Assembly: GCA_002269645.1 (NCBI GenBank)
Contig: NIVC01000319.1
Span: 496,001-560,000, forward strand
Direction of reading: 5' to 3'
DNA: 64,000 nt
Source: Macrostomum lignano
Taxonomy: Eukaryota
In this document: in pieces, positions 1-12,000 of the stretch
Position numbering within the stretch: the first letter of the stretch is position 1
How the letters are laid out: each line of letters begins with the position of its first letter
Position numbers and translations under genes: made by a program
Notes under the pieces: generated by a model
The model's input: only the letters and a program-made list of their open reading frames with translations
What the model was told of the DNA's origin: nothing
The model's database searches: none

Positions 1-197
1 CCCACTGCTCCCCTGTCCCACAGTCCCACCCAGATCACTAATTCCCTACTGCTCCCCTGTCCCGCAGTCCCACCCAGATCACTCATTCCCCACTGCTCCC
101 CTGTCCCGCAGTCCCACCCAGATCACTTATTCCACTGCTCCCCTGTCCCGCAGTCCCAACCAGATCACTTATTCCCCACTGCTCCCCTGTCCCACAG
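1..197. repeat. ~43-44 bp intronic minisatellite whose unit contains the 3' splice site (CCCTGTCCCRCAG|TC)
   Basis: CAG|TC recurs at 21-23, 65-67, 109-111, 151-153 and 195-197; the last copy is the acceptor of the exon at 198. Confidence 0.9.
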
Positions 198-3100
198 TCG
201 CTGGTCGTCTTCGGCCAAGGCGACGCCGCCCCGGCCGAAGCCGCGGCCTCCTCGGCTTCAACGATTCCTCGGCCGCGCCAGCAGCAAACCTGCGGAGTCT
301 GCGGCGGCTCATTCGACAGTCTGGCCGTCCACCTGGGCGACAGCCTGAAGGAGTGCCCGCTGTGCAAGAAATTCGTGCCCGACAGCCGCTGCGCCCTCCG
401 AGCCCACTTCCGGCTGCACTTGTCCGCCCCGGGCCCGTGTCCGGAGTGCGGCGAGGAGGTGGCCCCGGCCACCGCCACCCAGCTGGAGCGGGAGGTGGCC
501 ATGCGGGTTCACCTGAGGTCGCAGTGCTTGCACCTGCAGCGCTCCAAGGTGTTCATCTGCCTGAAATGCGAGTACCCGCCCAGGGCTTTCTCAGCTCTGA
601 GGCAGCTGGCTGACCACATCATTCACAGTCACACTGAGAAGTTCTTCAAGTGTACCGTGTGCACCCTGGCCTTCAGGCACACCAACCAGCTGGCTGCCCA
701 CCTGGAGAAGGAGCACAACTCGCAGCTAACTGGTATGCGGCTTCTTCTTTAGCGGCCGTTCCCCAGTACTGCCCCACTGGATATGGTCCTATGAGCATGT
801 CCCATTGACCCTATAGATATGTCCCCATTGATCCTTTAGATAAGATGTGTCCCCATTGATCCTTTAGATAAGATATGTCCCCATTGATCCTTTAGATAAG
901 ATGTGTCCCCATTGATCCTTTAGATAAGATATGTCCCCATTGATCCTTTAGATAAGATATGTCCCCATTGATCCTTTAGATAAGATATGTCCCCATTGAT
1001 CCTTTAGATAAGATATGTCCCCATTGATCCTTTAGATAAGATATGTCCCCATTGATCCTTTAGATAAGATATGCCCCCATTGATCCTTTAGATAAGATAT
1101 GTCCCCATTGATCCTTTAGATAAGATATGTCCCCATTGATCCTTTAGATAAGATGTGTCCCCATTGATCCTTTAGATAAGATATGTCCCCATTGATCCTT
1201 TAGATAAGATATGTCCCCATTGATCCTTTAGATAAGATATGTCCCCATTGATCCTTTAGATAAGATATGTCCCCATTGATCCTTTAGATAAGATATGTCC
1301 CCATTGATCCTTTAGATAAGATGTGTCCCCATTGATCCTTTAGATAAGATATGTCCCAATTGATCCTTTAGATAAGATGTGTCCCCATTGATCTTCAGGT
1401 CCCTTGTTCTTGTCCTATGTACATCCCTCGGTCTTATGGACATGCCACCTCAGTCCTATGTACATGTCCCCTCGGTCCTATGGACATGCCACCTCGGTCC
1501 TATGGACATGCCACCTCGGTCCTATGGACATGTCCCTCTCGGTCCTATGGACATGTCCCTCTCGGTCCTATGGACATGTCCCCTTGGTCCTATGGACATG
1601 CCCCCTTGGTCCTATGGACATGCCCCCTTGGTCCTATGTACATGCCCCCTTGGTCCTATGGACATGCCCCATACATGCGCAACAGTCGGCCGAGTCGGCC
1701 GATCTGGCCGACCGATTTGGCAGCCAACCAAGGAAGTCGCAAAAATACCCACCTGAAAAATTACCCAAGTAGTAGTATTAAGTAGCTGACGAGACATTTT
1801 GGCTCAATAAGACAGTCATAGTTACTCCTGCCGTTTACCCAAAGTTGCGTTAATTTTGCTTTAGGGTTTTTTACATGTAAGTTGCATTTTTGGCCAAAAA
1901 CTACGTCGCATTTTTGTTAAAACTAAGTCGCATGGCCGACCGAATTTTGGAGGTTGCGCCTGTATGACATGCCCCCTTGGTCCTATGGACATGTCCCCTT
2001 GGTCCTATGGACATGCCCCCTTGGTCCTATGGACATGCCACACCAGCTGTCTCTATGCTAACCAGACAAAATGGTTCCAACTGCTGTCCGCAGGCAAGCC
2101 GGCCAAGATCTTCAAGTGCCCTATCTGCGACCTGATCTTCAACGACTCCAGCAACCTGGGCAAGCACCTGCTCACCCACCTGCCCCACCAGCTGTTCTGC
2201 AAGTCTGCCATGGCCTTTCGCTGCCTGGACAGTTGCCGCCAGATCTTCCTGGAGAAGAAGGGCCTCAAGCGTCACCTGAACACCTGCCGCAGCACGGTGG
2301 TCACCGACGCCAACCTGCCCTGTGTGCTCTGCGAAATCAACGTCAGCTTCTTCAACAACGTCGCCGAGCTGCGTTCGCACGAGGAGACCCACCTGAACCA
2401 AACCGCCGGCGGCTGGTGCCCCAACTGCGAGACCGAGGTGCCCGCCAACCTCCTGGACCACCTGCGCCAGGAGCAGAAGGCCAAGGACATCAAGGAGGGC
2501 CGCATCCAGGAGGAGCAGCAGAAGCAGGAGAAGCCGCAGAAGCAGCAACAGCAAGTGCAAGAGCCAAAGCAGCAGAAACCGGATGCAAAGCAGTCAGAGC
2601 AGCAGCAGCAGCAGCAGGTCAAGGTCACGTGCCACTGCGGTCGGGAAATGTCAGGCGCATCCGAGGTGGCCAAGTGAGTCTGGGAGTCTGAAATTTGAAA
2701 TTCGAAATTTCTTCGTAAGCAAAGCTTTAAACTAATTAGGTGGCGAGGCATTGACCCACCATAAAGGAGTTATATTTTCTCCCGCCTTGTACCCATGCAA
2801 TAACCGTAGCGCATGATTGAAATTGAACACCCATCGCCAGGCACACCTCGGAGGCCGCCCATCCCATCGTGCCGGAGGCCCAGCTGGTGAATCCGCAGTC
2901 GGGCCCCAGCGTGCTGTACCGCTGCCGCGACTGCCCGACTCAGCTGCCCTGCACTGAGCTCACCGAGCACATCTTTGCTCAGCACCCCGGCCTGTGCTAC
3001 CTGTGCAACTCAGCTCAGCGCAGCTCCGCCCACCTGCTGGCCTGCCTCCTGGCCGGTGCTCGCATGGAAGGCAGTCAGCTAGACGACGACGCCGGCGCCT

Positions 3101-3383
3101 CGTCCGAGGGCAGCGTCGGCGGCGCAAAGCCGGCCGCCAGGTCGGGGTTCAAGCGGCCAGCCGAGCGGAGCAGCAACAGCAGCGGGAGCAGCAGAAGCCG
3201 GAGCCGGCCAAGATTGCCCGCGTCTCCTCGTCGGCCGCCGCTGAAGAGTCGGCGTCTCCGCCAGCCTCGGCCTCGGCCGCCACCGCGACATCCAGCGGCC
3301 TGGCCTGCGGCGAGTGCGGCATGCGCTTCCTGACCAAGTCCGCGCTGCAGGTGCACCGGGTGGCCACCAGGCATGATTTGTAA
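198..3383 (+). CDS. Multi-C2H2 zinc-finger protein, 5'-partial; exons 198-732, 2094-2673, 2841-3383 (one -1 frameshift near 3167)
   Basis: Repeated CxxC...HxxxH motifs (CTVCTLAFRHTNQLAAHLEKEH, CPICDLIFNDSSNLGKHLLTH, CGECGMRFLTKSALQVHRVATRH). GT-AG junctions are phase-compatible (ACT G|GC AAG; GCC AA|G CAC). Confidence 0.85.
790..1395. repeat. 28-bp minisatellite (GATATGTCCCCATTGATCCTTTAGATAA)n
   Basis: About 20 near-identical tandem units inside the zinc-finger intron. Confidence 0.95.
1396..2040. repeat. 21-22 bp minisatellite (CCTTGGTCCTATGGACATGYC)n, interrupted by a MITE
   Basis: Tandem units at 1396-1669, resuming at 1967-2040. Confidence 0.9.
1670..1966. mobile_element. hAT-like MITE (297 bp)
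   Basis: TIRs CATACATGCGCAAC (1670-1683) and GTTGCGCCTGTATG (1953-1966) are 13/14 inverted; 8-bp direct repeat ACATGCCC at 1662-1669 and 1967-1974. Confidence 0.7.
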
Positions 3384-3419
3384 CTCCCTGATTGATTGAT
3401 CGAATCGATGCACATGGAC

Positions 3420-4010
3420 TAATCAATTGATACACTGTTGATCAATTGATACACTGACTGTTGATCAATTGATACACTGACTATTGATCAATTGATACAC
3501 TGACTATTGATAAATTGATACACTGACTATTGATAAATTGATTCACTGACTATTGATAAATTGATACACTGACTATTGATAAATTGATACACTGAATATT
3601 GATCAATTGATACACTGACTATTGATAAATTGATACACTGACTATTGATAAATTGATACACTGACTATTGATCAGTTGATACACTGACTGTTGATAAATT
3701 GATACACTGAATATTGATCAATTGATACACTGACTATTGATCAATTGATACACTGACTATTGATCAATTGATACACTGACTATTGATAAATTGATACACT
3801 GACTATTGATCAGTTGATACACTGACTGTTGATAAATTGATACACTGACTGTTGATCAATTGATACACTGACTGTTGATCAATTGATACACTGACTGTTG
3901 ATCAATTGATACACTGACTGTTGATCAATTGATACACTGACTGTTGATCAATTGATACACTGACTGTTGATCAATTGATACACTGACTGTTGATCAATTG
4001 ATGCACTGGC
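3420..4010. repeat. 23-bp minisatellite (TTGATCAATTGATACACTGACTR)n
   Basis: About 25 tandem units starting just after the zinc-finger stop codon. Confidence 0.95.
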
Positions 4011-4929
4011 TAAGCTACTGGACGAACAATTCATAAATTTTTCAATAACTATTGATAATTGATGGACTAATTGCTGTTTCATCTGATTTCAATTAAAAAT
4101 TTAAATTCTCGAAATGTTCTCTCGCTTTTTCTGTTTTCCTTGCTGTTAAAAATCTTTCGCTTTCCACGCTGTCCTGTCTGTTGCTATGGCTTTATTTTGT
4201 TTTCTTTTGCATTCTCACTTCTAGCCCAGGATGCTGTGTGCTGCATCAAATTATTGTTTTTGTTATCTCCGTCTGTCAGCAGTGCTGTTTCCACCTGTTT
4301 AATTTTTTTCAATAGCCCCCCCCCCTCATTAAATCTGAATGCCAGCCGTTCTCCCGCATTATTGCCGTCTTTACATCACTATTCCCCCATATGCTACTAT
4401 TAGTAATAACAAAAAATTAAATTTTTTATTCCTTCTTTGTTCTGCTTTGAATTTTGATGATGTCTTGCTCCGCGCTTTGCGGTGACCCGAAACTCCTCGC
4501 ATTGCTTGCTATTTGTACATAGAATTGGCGCAACTCTCTTCTTGTTAAGACGTTTCACATTTCCTTTCTGCACTTCAACTACTGGAATTGCAGCAGTAGT
4601 ATGATGTGCGTGCACTGCACTAGATTTATTAGACTCACTGAATTTTTAACCGCTATTTCTCCAGTTTTCCACTCCACTTATGAAATGCCAAAAAAGCTTG
4701 GATCTTGCTGACCTGACACTAACCATATTTATCGTTTGCTTGTGTGCGTCCTTGAACTCTGTTGCGCATCCCTCTGTTCCTTTGACACTAATTTTCTTTT
4801 ACTGGCTGAAAGTTGAATAAACTGCGTTAATTTCCATCTCTGTGTTTTCAATTCCTAGCTGTCTGTTTGCTATTGTTGATAATGAGCTTGTGCTGGATTG
4901 CCTCCTTGTCTTGCACTTGTTTTTGGTCT

Positions 4930-5245
4930 CACAGGGCCCTCTCTTTGATCCTTCAGTGCCCCTCTATGATCCTTCAGTGCCCTCTTTGATCCTTCAGTGC
5001 CCCTCTGATCATTCAGGGCCCCTCTATGACCCTTCAGGGCCCCTATTTGATTCTTCAGTGCCCCTCTCTGATCCTTCAGGGCCCCTCTTTGATCCTTCAG
5101 TGCCCCTCTGATCCTTCAGGGCCCCTCTGTGACCCTTCACTGCCCCATTCTCTGTGACCCTTCACTGCCCCACTCTGTGACCCTTCACTGCCCCACTCTG
5201 TGACCCTTCACTGCCCCACTCTGTGACCCTTCACTGCCCCACTCG
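4930..5245. repeat. ~21-bp degenerate minisatellite (GATCCTTCAGTGCCCCTCT / GTGACCCTTCACTGCCCCACTCT)
   Basis: Tandem units with gradual unit drift. Confidence 0.85.
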
Positions 5246-5959
5246 CTGCCTGGTCACTGAGCGATGTTTAAAAATGCAGCCCCTGGCAACACCGCTGGGC
5301 AATCTGGATTCCCCAATCCGTCCACGTCTGTCCGATTTAGCGGTTTTTTTAGGCCGGGTCGGCCATGTTTCCTCCATCTATAATCCGGCTTCCAGTTTCC
5401 CAATTTTTGCCCCATCATCAACAATCCGTCCGGCATTCGCGACAGCCGGTGCAGCTGGCGCCCCCCCCCCGGGCCAGGAGATCTCCATCGGGGGGGGGGG
5501 AGCCAGCCGGGCAATTATCCCCCAGCTCGGGCTCGTGTTGTTTTTCTGCCGGTCCAGTTTTGCTTTGGTGTCGGTTTGTTAGCCTTGGGGGCCGGAGCTG
5601 CTGGGCGGGCCTGGCGCTCCATAAACTTGCGCCGTTTCCGTTTACCGGCCGGCTTCGCTTTCTCTCGGCTTGTTGCTTCTGTAGCGTCTGTTGCTTTTTG
5701 TTGCTTCTGTGCTGCTTCCGCGTGCCCATGGATTCATCAGCGGGGGGAGGGCGGCAGTCTTGCCATTCGGCCATCCGCGTGATAAATTATGCGCGACATC
5801 GTTCTCTGCCAGCTGCGGTCGTCTTATTGGTATTGCGCGAGTTGTTGAAAAACCGGAAGCGCCGGATGCTGTGTGACATCCTTGTTGCATATCTGGTAAG
5901 GGAATGTGGCTGCAAGTCGCCGCCGTCCCTGGAGTTCACAGTAGCTGGAGACTTTTTCG

Positions 5960-6343
5960 TTTCTAAGAAACTGTCAGATTGGTCATTTTCACCTGTCCAT
6001 CATACGTGTGCTCAAGTACTGACTCATTTAGAGCTTCAACGCCAGCTCCCGTGGCACAAAATGACTAAAAGTTCATGCCAGTGTAGTTTTTCCATGCCGC
6101 AGTTATTGCACGGCGTACCTGAATTCTGCGTACGGCTGTTCAGTCCAAATACTGGGGGGTCGCCACACACAGCCTCAATTACCCCAGCTAATGCTGGCAC
6201 CCGTTTTACAGCTGGATGAACTGAAGCAATGGAGAGTTAAGTGGTCTTGCTCAAGGACACAAATTGTTCCAGTGGGATCGGGAATCGAACCCCCGACTTT
6301 CAAGTCCTGAGTCTGATGCTCTGACCACTAGGCTACAGCCCCC
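5960..6343 (-). mobile_element. tRNA-derived SINE with a CORE/Meta-like central domain
   Basis: The reverse strand reads GGGGCTGTAGCCTAGTGGTCAGAGC...GGGGGTTCGATTCCCGATCCC (Pol III A box TAGCCTAGTGG, B box GGTTCGATTCC), then TGTGTCCTTGAGCAAGACCACTTAACTCTCCATTGCTTCAGTTCATCCAGCTGTAAAACGGGTGCC. The 3' end is approximate. Confidence 0.75.
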
Positions 6344-6827
6344 TCTCCAACATCCAAGTACATGATGGACTTATGAGATTGATCATTCTCAAGTAGGTCA
6401 TTGGCATCGGCACGGTAGTGCAGTTTGGACTTCTCCACTTCTCGTTCATTGGTTTCATCAGCAACACAACCTGCAGGAGCTTCAGCACAACGAGCGGTAC
6501 TTTTTTGAGTTTTTTTCTTTAAAAAATCTGCGACAAGTTTGTTAAAACGCTCGGGGACTGCATTCCACGCAACTGCGCTGATCGGAAGAGAAAGTGCATC
6601 AGTGTTACCGGTGCCTGCATCCGTATTACAGTCTTTTCTATGCGAATTAACCGCCCTTGGATTGTCTTGAACTGTATGGGACAGAATTCTGCCCAAGCCA
6701 GAGACGCGCTGAAAGAAGCGCGTTAATACTTGAGCGGCTGGCACCGTTGCGGCACTGTAAAATGCAGAAGTCAAGTCATTCTGATCAATTTTGGAGACTA
6801 AATAAACTTGTCAACGCGACAACCATT

Positions 6828-8180
6828 GTTCTTTACCTGTTTGTCCGAGTCTGTCAGCTGATGATGAACAGGTAGTTCTTTACCTGTTTGTCCGTGTCTG
6901 TCAGCTGATGATGGACAGGTAGTTCTTTACCTGTTTGTCCGAGTCTGTCAGCTGATGATGGACAGGTAGTTCTTTACCTGTTTGTCCGTGTCTGTCAGCT
7001 GATGATGGACAGGTAGTTCTTTACCTGTTTGTCCGAGTCTGTCAGCTGATGATGGACAGGTAGTTGTTTACCTGTTTGTCCGTGTCTGTCAGCTGATGAT
7101 GGACAGGTAGTTGTTTACCTGTTTGTCCGTGTCTGTCAGCTGATGATGGACAGGTAGTTGTTTACCTGTTTGTCCGTGTCTGTCAGCTGATGATGGACAG
7201 GTAGTTGTTTACCTGTTTGTCCGTGTCTGTCAGCTGATGATGGACAGGTAGTTGTTTACCTGTTTGTCCGTGTCTGTCAGCTGATGATGGACAGGTAGTT
7301 GTTTACCTGTTTGTCCGTGTCTGTCAGCTGATGATGGACAGGTAGTTGTTTACCTGTTTGTCCGTGTCTGTCAGCTGATGATGGACAGGTAGTTGTTTAC
7401 CTGTTTGTCCGTGTCTGTCAGCTGATGATGGACAGGTAGTTGTTTACCTGTTTGTCCGTGTCTGTCAGCTGATGATGGACAGGTAGTTGTTTACCTGTTT
7501 GTCCGTGTCTGTCAGCTGATGATGGACAGGTAGTTCTTTACCTGTTTGTCCGTGTCTGTCAGCTGATGATGGACAGGTAGTTCTTTACCTGTTTGTCCGT
7601 GTCTGTCAGCTGATGATGGACAGGTAGTTCTTTACCTGTTTGTCCGTGTCTGTCAGCTGATGATGGACAGGTAGTTCTTTACCTGTTTGTCCGTGTCTGT
7701 CAGCTGATGATGGACAGGTAGTTCTTTACCTGTTTGTCCGTGTCTGTCAGCTGATGATGGACAGGTAGTTCTTTACCTGTTTGTCCGTGTCTGTCAGCTG
7801 ATGATGGACAGACAAGTAGCTGTTTACCTGTTTGTCCGTGTCTGTCAGCTGATGATGGACAGACAGGTAGTTGTTTACCTGTTTGTCCGTGTCTGTCAGC
7901 TGATGATGGACAGGTAGTTCTTTACCTGTTTGTCCGTGTCTGTCAGCTGATGATGGACAGGTAGTTCTTTACCTGTTTGTCCGTGTCTGTCAGCTGATGA
8001 TGGACAGGTAGTTCTTTACCTGTTTGTCCGTGTCTGTCAGCTGATGATGGACAGACAGGTAGTTGTTTACCTGTTTGTCCGTGTCTGTCAGCTGATGATG
8101 GACAGGTAGCTGTTTACCTGTTTGTCCGTGTCTGTCAGCTGATGATGGAATGGAGAGGTAGCTGTTTACCTGTTTGTCAG
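6828..8180. repeat. 47-bp minisatellite (TTTACCTGTTTGTCCGTGTCTGTCAGCTGATGATGGACAGGTAGTT[C/G])n
   Basis: About 28 near-identical tandem units. Confidence 0.95.
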
Positions 8181-9019
8181 CTGGTGTCTCAACTCACGAA
8201 GAAGATCATACATGTAACGCCCGCCTGCTGACTTGAATGCGCGGGCGATCACTGCACAGCTGTTTGAGAAGAGGCCTCTTGGCTGGGTTCAAGCCGAATC
8301 CAGTAAAAGACCTGCAAGACAATGTGACGCAATGAGACTCCTGGAACACGCGGCTCGGCTCCCATAGACCGGCCGGATTCTCCCCGGCAGTCCCAAGAGG
8401 CCGGCCACAATGGTAAATCATCGCGTCGCTCCGCCGGCAGCAAATCATGACTGTTTCATGAGGCAGGCGAGGCGGTAGGTGCGGGCGAAATTAAATAAAT
8501 CACTGCGCCCCAGCTGCCCCACCCCGAGTTTCTTACAAGCTACTGGTCCCCCCAGACACAGATTTGTCTAAGCTTTCAGCTTCTGCGCCCCATCACTGAG
8601 AGCTCTCCGCTCTTCCAGCCGCTGCCCGGAGTCGCCACCGATGTCTCCAAGGGGACTCGGCGAGCCACAATTGGATTATGGGTGGCTTGTGAGAAGGGCT
8701 TGTAAATTGTAGCTCTTTGCCTAATTCAGCGGCTTGTGTGGCGGCGGCCTGGCCAGCGCCTTGGCCTGCCTCTGCCGCGGAATTGCCGAGCAAATTGGCG
8801 GGCATTGGCTCTCATTCAGCCAATAAGGCGGAATCAATACCCGGCCCGCCTGGCCCGCCTCTGATTGGCTGGGCCGCCTGCCTGCCCATCATCTGCGCAG
8901 CGTACATTCATAATGCGATTCCCTCGGCCTCGAGTCCCGCAATAACTCTGCGCGGACTCACCGCCGCCCTGCTACTGGGAGCCACAGGCCAAGGCAGGCA
9001 GACAGACAGACAGCCAAGG

Positions 9020-12000
9020 ATGCCGCTGGGATATCCAGCTGGTGCTGTGGGAGTTTTCAACGGCGGCTGGGCAACTCTGCTGCTCCTGATGGCCACGCTG
9101 CCAGCTGGTGAGTAATTTCACTTTGAGTCGATTCTCGCTGTTCAAGTAAATTCTCACATTTGTGTCCGCCACTTGCAGCCCTCAGCGTCTGGAAGGACAA
9201 AAACTGGAATGATCAGCTGGACGACTGGTGGCACTACAGGACTGGCATCATCGGGGGTGAGTCTTGCCCTATTAGGCCATTAGACTATTTCAACTGATAA
9301 GTCTCCTTCTATTAGGCAATTAGACTATTTCAACTGATAGCAGTCTTGCCCTATTAGGCAATTAGACTATTTCAACTGATAACAGTCTTGCCCTATTAGG
9401 CAATTAGACTATTTCAACTGATAGCAGTCTTGCCCTATTAGGCAATTAGACTATTTCAACTGATAGCAGTCTTGCCCTATTAGGCAATTAGACTATTTCA
9501 ACTGATAACAGTCTTGCCCTATTAGGCAATTAGACTATTTCAACTGATAGCAGTCTTGCCCTATTAGGCAATTAGACTATTTCAACTGATAGCAGTCTTG
9601 CCCTATTAGGCAATTAGACTATTTCAACTGATAACAGTATTGCCCTATTAGGCAATTAGACTATTTCAACTGATAACAGTATTGCCCTATTAGGCAATTA
9701 GACTAATACAACTGATAGCAGTATTGCCCTATTAGGTCATTAGAGCATTTAAACTCTCTTATTAGGCATTATTAGCCTCACATCCATAGTAACTGCTAGC
9801 TTTGCGAGTAAAAATGAAATTATGAAATTTGCACTCACTGGTTTCTGGAGCTGACAAGAGCACAAATGTACAAAACTGCTCACTCGCCCAGCTGCAGTGC
9901 CAATACGATCGATTCTGCAATCGAGGCCACCCGAGGTGCGAGTTCGGGGAGAAATTTGGGGGGGGCACCCCAGGACACAAATATGGGAATAAAAACACTG
10001 AGATATCCTGAGCAGAGATTCCCAGCTCACCCATGACTGCCCGGTGCGGCCAGCATTCATCGCCAATAAGTATAATTTTCCCTGCTCATGCAGAATCCCC
10101 CACTTGTCCCAGCCATTGATTTGAGACCTGCTCAGATCTGCCTTGGCTCCGTCCGCGCCTCCTTCATCCCTTACAGCCTCTCGAACTCTCCCAGGCCGCC
10201 CCAGCTGGCCAGGAGGGTCAGTTATATAAGTTGAGGATCTGGGATTTCAAAGCTGACCAAATTTGAGGCGCCTCATCGCCTATCAGCCTCCGCGGCTCTA
10301 ATTGAACTCGAATGGCCGCGGTCTTCGCGCCCTGAAATCTCATTCGGCACGAGTTCCCACTCGCCTCCTTGATCCGCTGCCAAGAGTCTCTCCGTCTACG
10401 AGTGGCTGCGGGACTGCGATTTTCATTTTTTCCGCGATTTAATTACGAGACTTTCGAATGGGGTTGCGGAGTTGCTGGGATCGCCGCTTGCGCATGCAGC
10501 CATAACTCTCTGCTGGAGATTTTTCTAATTTTCCCCAATTTCGATTCGGCAACTGTCAGCGTCTCTGGTTCGCTCTGGCACTCAAATCACTCAGTTCTAG
10601 TCACTCCGTTCTAGTCACTCCGTTCTAGTCACCGCCTTCTAGTCACTCCGTTCTAGTCACTCCGTTCTAGTCACCGCCTTCTAGTCACTCCGTTCTAGTC
10701 ACTCCGTTCTAGTCACTCCGTTCTAGTCACTCCGTTCTAGTCACTCCGTTCTAGTCACTCCGTTCTAGTCACTCCGTTCTAGTCACTCCGTTCTAGTCAC
10801 TCCGTTCTAGTCACTCCGTTCTAGTCACTCCGTTCTAGTCACTCCGTTCTAGTCACTCCGTTCTAGTCACTCCGTTCTAGTCACTCCGTTCTAGTCACTC
10901 CGTTCTAGTCACTCCGTTCTAGTTACTCCACTCTAGTCACTCCACTCTAGTCACTCCCTTCTAGTCACTCCCTTCTTAGTCACTCCCTTTTAGTCACTCC
11001 CTTTTTAGTCACTCCCTTCTTAATCACTCCCTTCTAGTCACTCCCTTCTAGTCACTCCGTTCTAGTCCCTGCCATCTAGTCACCATATTTTTCGACACTT
11101 TGTTCTAATCGTTCCATTCTCGTTAACCTATTCTATTCACCCCCATTTCTGTTCCTCTTTTCTTGTCACTATTCGATTATGCTGTCACTCTACGACGCTG
11201 CAATCACTCTATCCTAGTCACTCCATTCTACTTACTCAACTCTAACCCTACTTTTCCGGTCACTATTCTCGTCACCCTACTCTAGTCACCCTACTCTAGT
11301 CACCCTACTCTAGTCACCCTACTCTAGTCACCCTACTCTAGTCACCCTACTCTAGTCACCCTACTCTAGTCACCCTACTCTAGTCACCCTACTCTAGTCA
11401 CCCTACTCTAGTCACCCTACTCTAGTCACCCTACTCTAGTCACCCTACTCTAGTCACCCTACTCTAGTCTACTCTAGTCACTCTACTCTAGTCACCCTAC
11501 TCTAGTCACTCTACTCTAAGTCACCCTACTCTCCGCAGGCCCGGAGCAGTGGGGCCGCAAGGCCTACATGACCTACAATCTGTGGCAGATCTGCCATCGA
11601 GGCAGGCACCAATCGCCCATAAACATATCGACTGCTAACCTGGTCTACGACTCGAACCTGGGACCTCTGACCCTGACCGGAGCTGATGAAGCGGTAAGGA
11701 GAATCGAAGCTTCGTTGGTTAGTTGATCAACTCACGAAGCACCCATTCCCATTGAACACTGTGGGTCAGCACGCATTCCCATTGAACACTGTGGGTCAGC
11801 ACGCATTCCCATTGAACACTGTGGGTCAGCACCCATTCCCATTGAACACTGTGGGTCAGCACCCATTCCCATTGAACACTGTGGGTCAGCACGCATTCCC
11901 ATTGAACACTGTGGGTCAGCACGCATTCCCATTGAACACTGTGGGTCAGCGCGCATTCCCATTGAACACTGTGGGTCAGCACGCATTCCCATTGAACACT

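Noticed and set aside
3160-3175. Programmed ribosomal frameshift in the zinc-finger gene
   Set aside because: No slippery heptamer; the same -1 homopolymer lesion recurs in unrelated loci, favouring sequencing error
5365-6219. 284-aa ORF
   Set aside because: No codon bias or recognisable domain; it runs across low-complexity sequence and the antisense SINE
6274-6343. tRNA gene
   Set aside because: The boxes are tRNA-like but a clean cloverleaf/anticodon arm is not evident, and it continues into a SINE body
6328-6774. 148-aa minus-strand ORF
   Set aside because: It reads plausibly but has a non-ATG start, no recognisable motif and no supported splice partners
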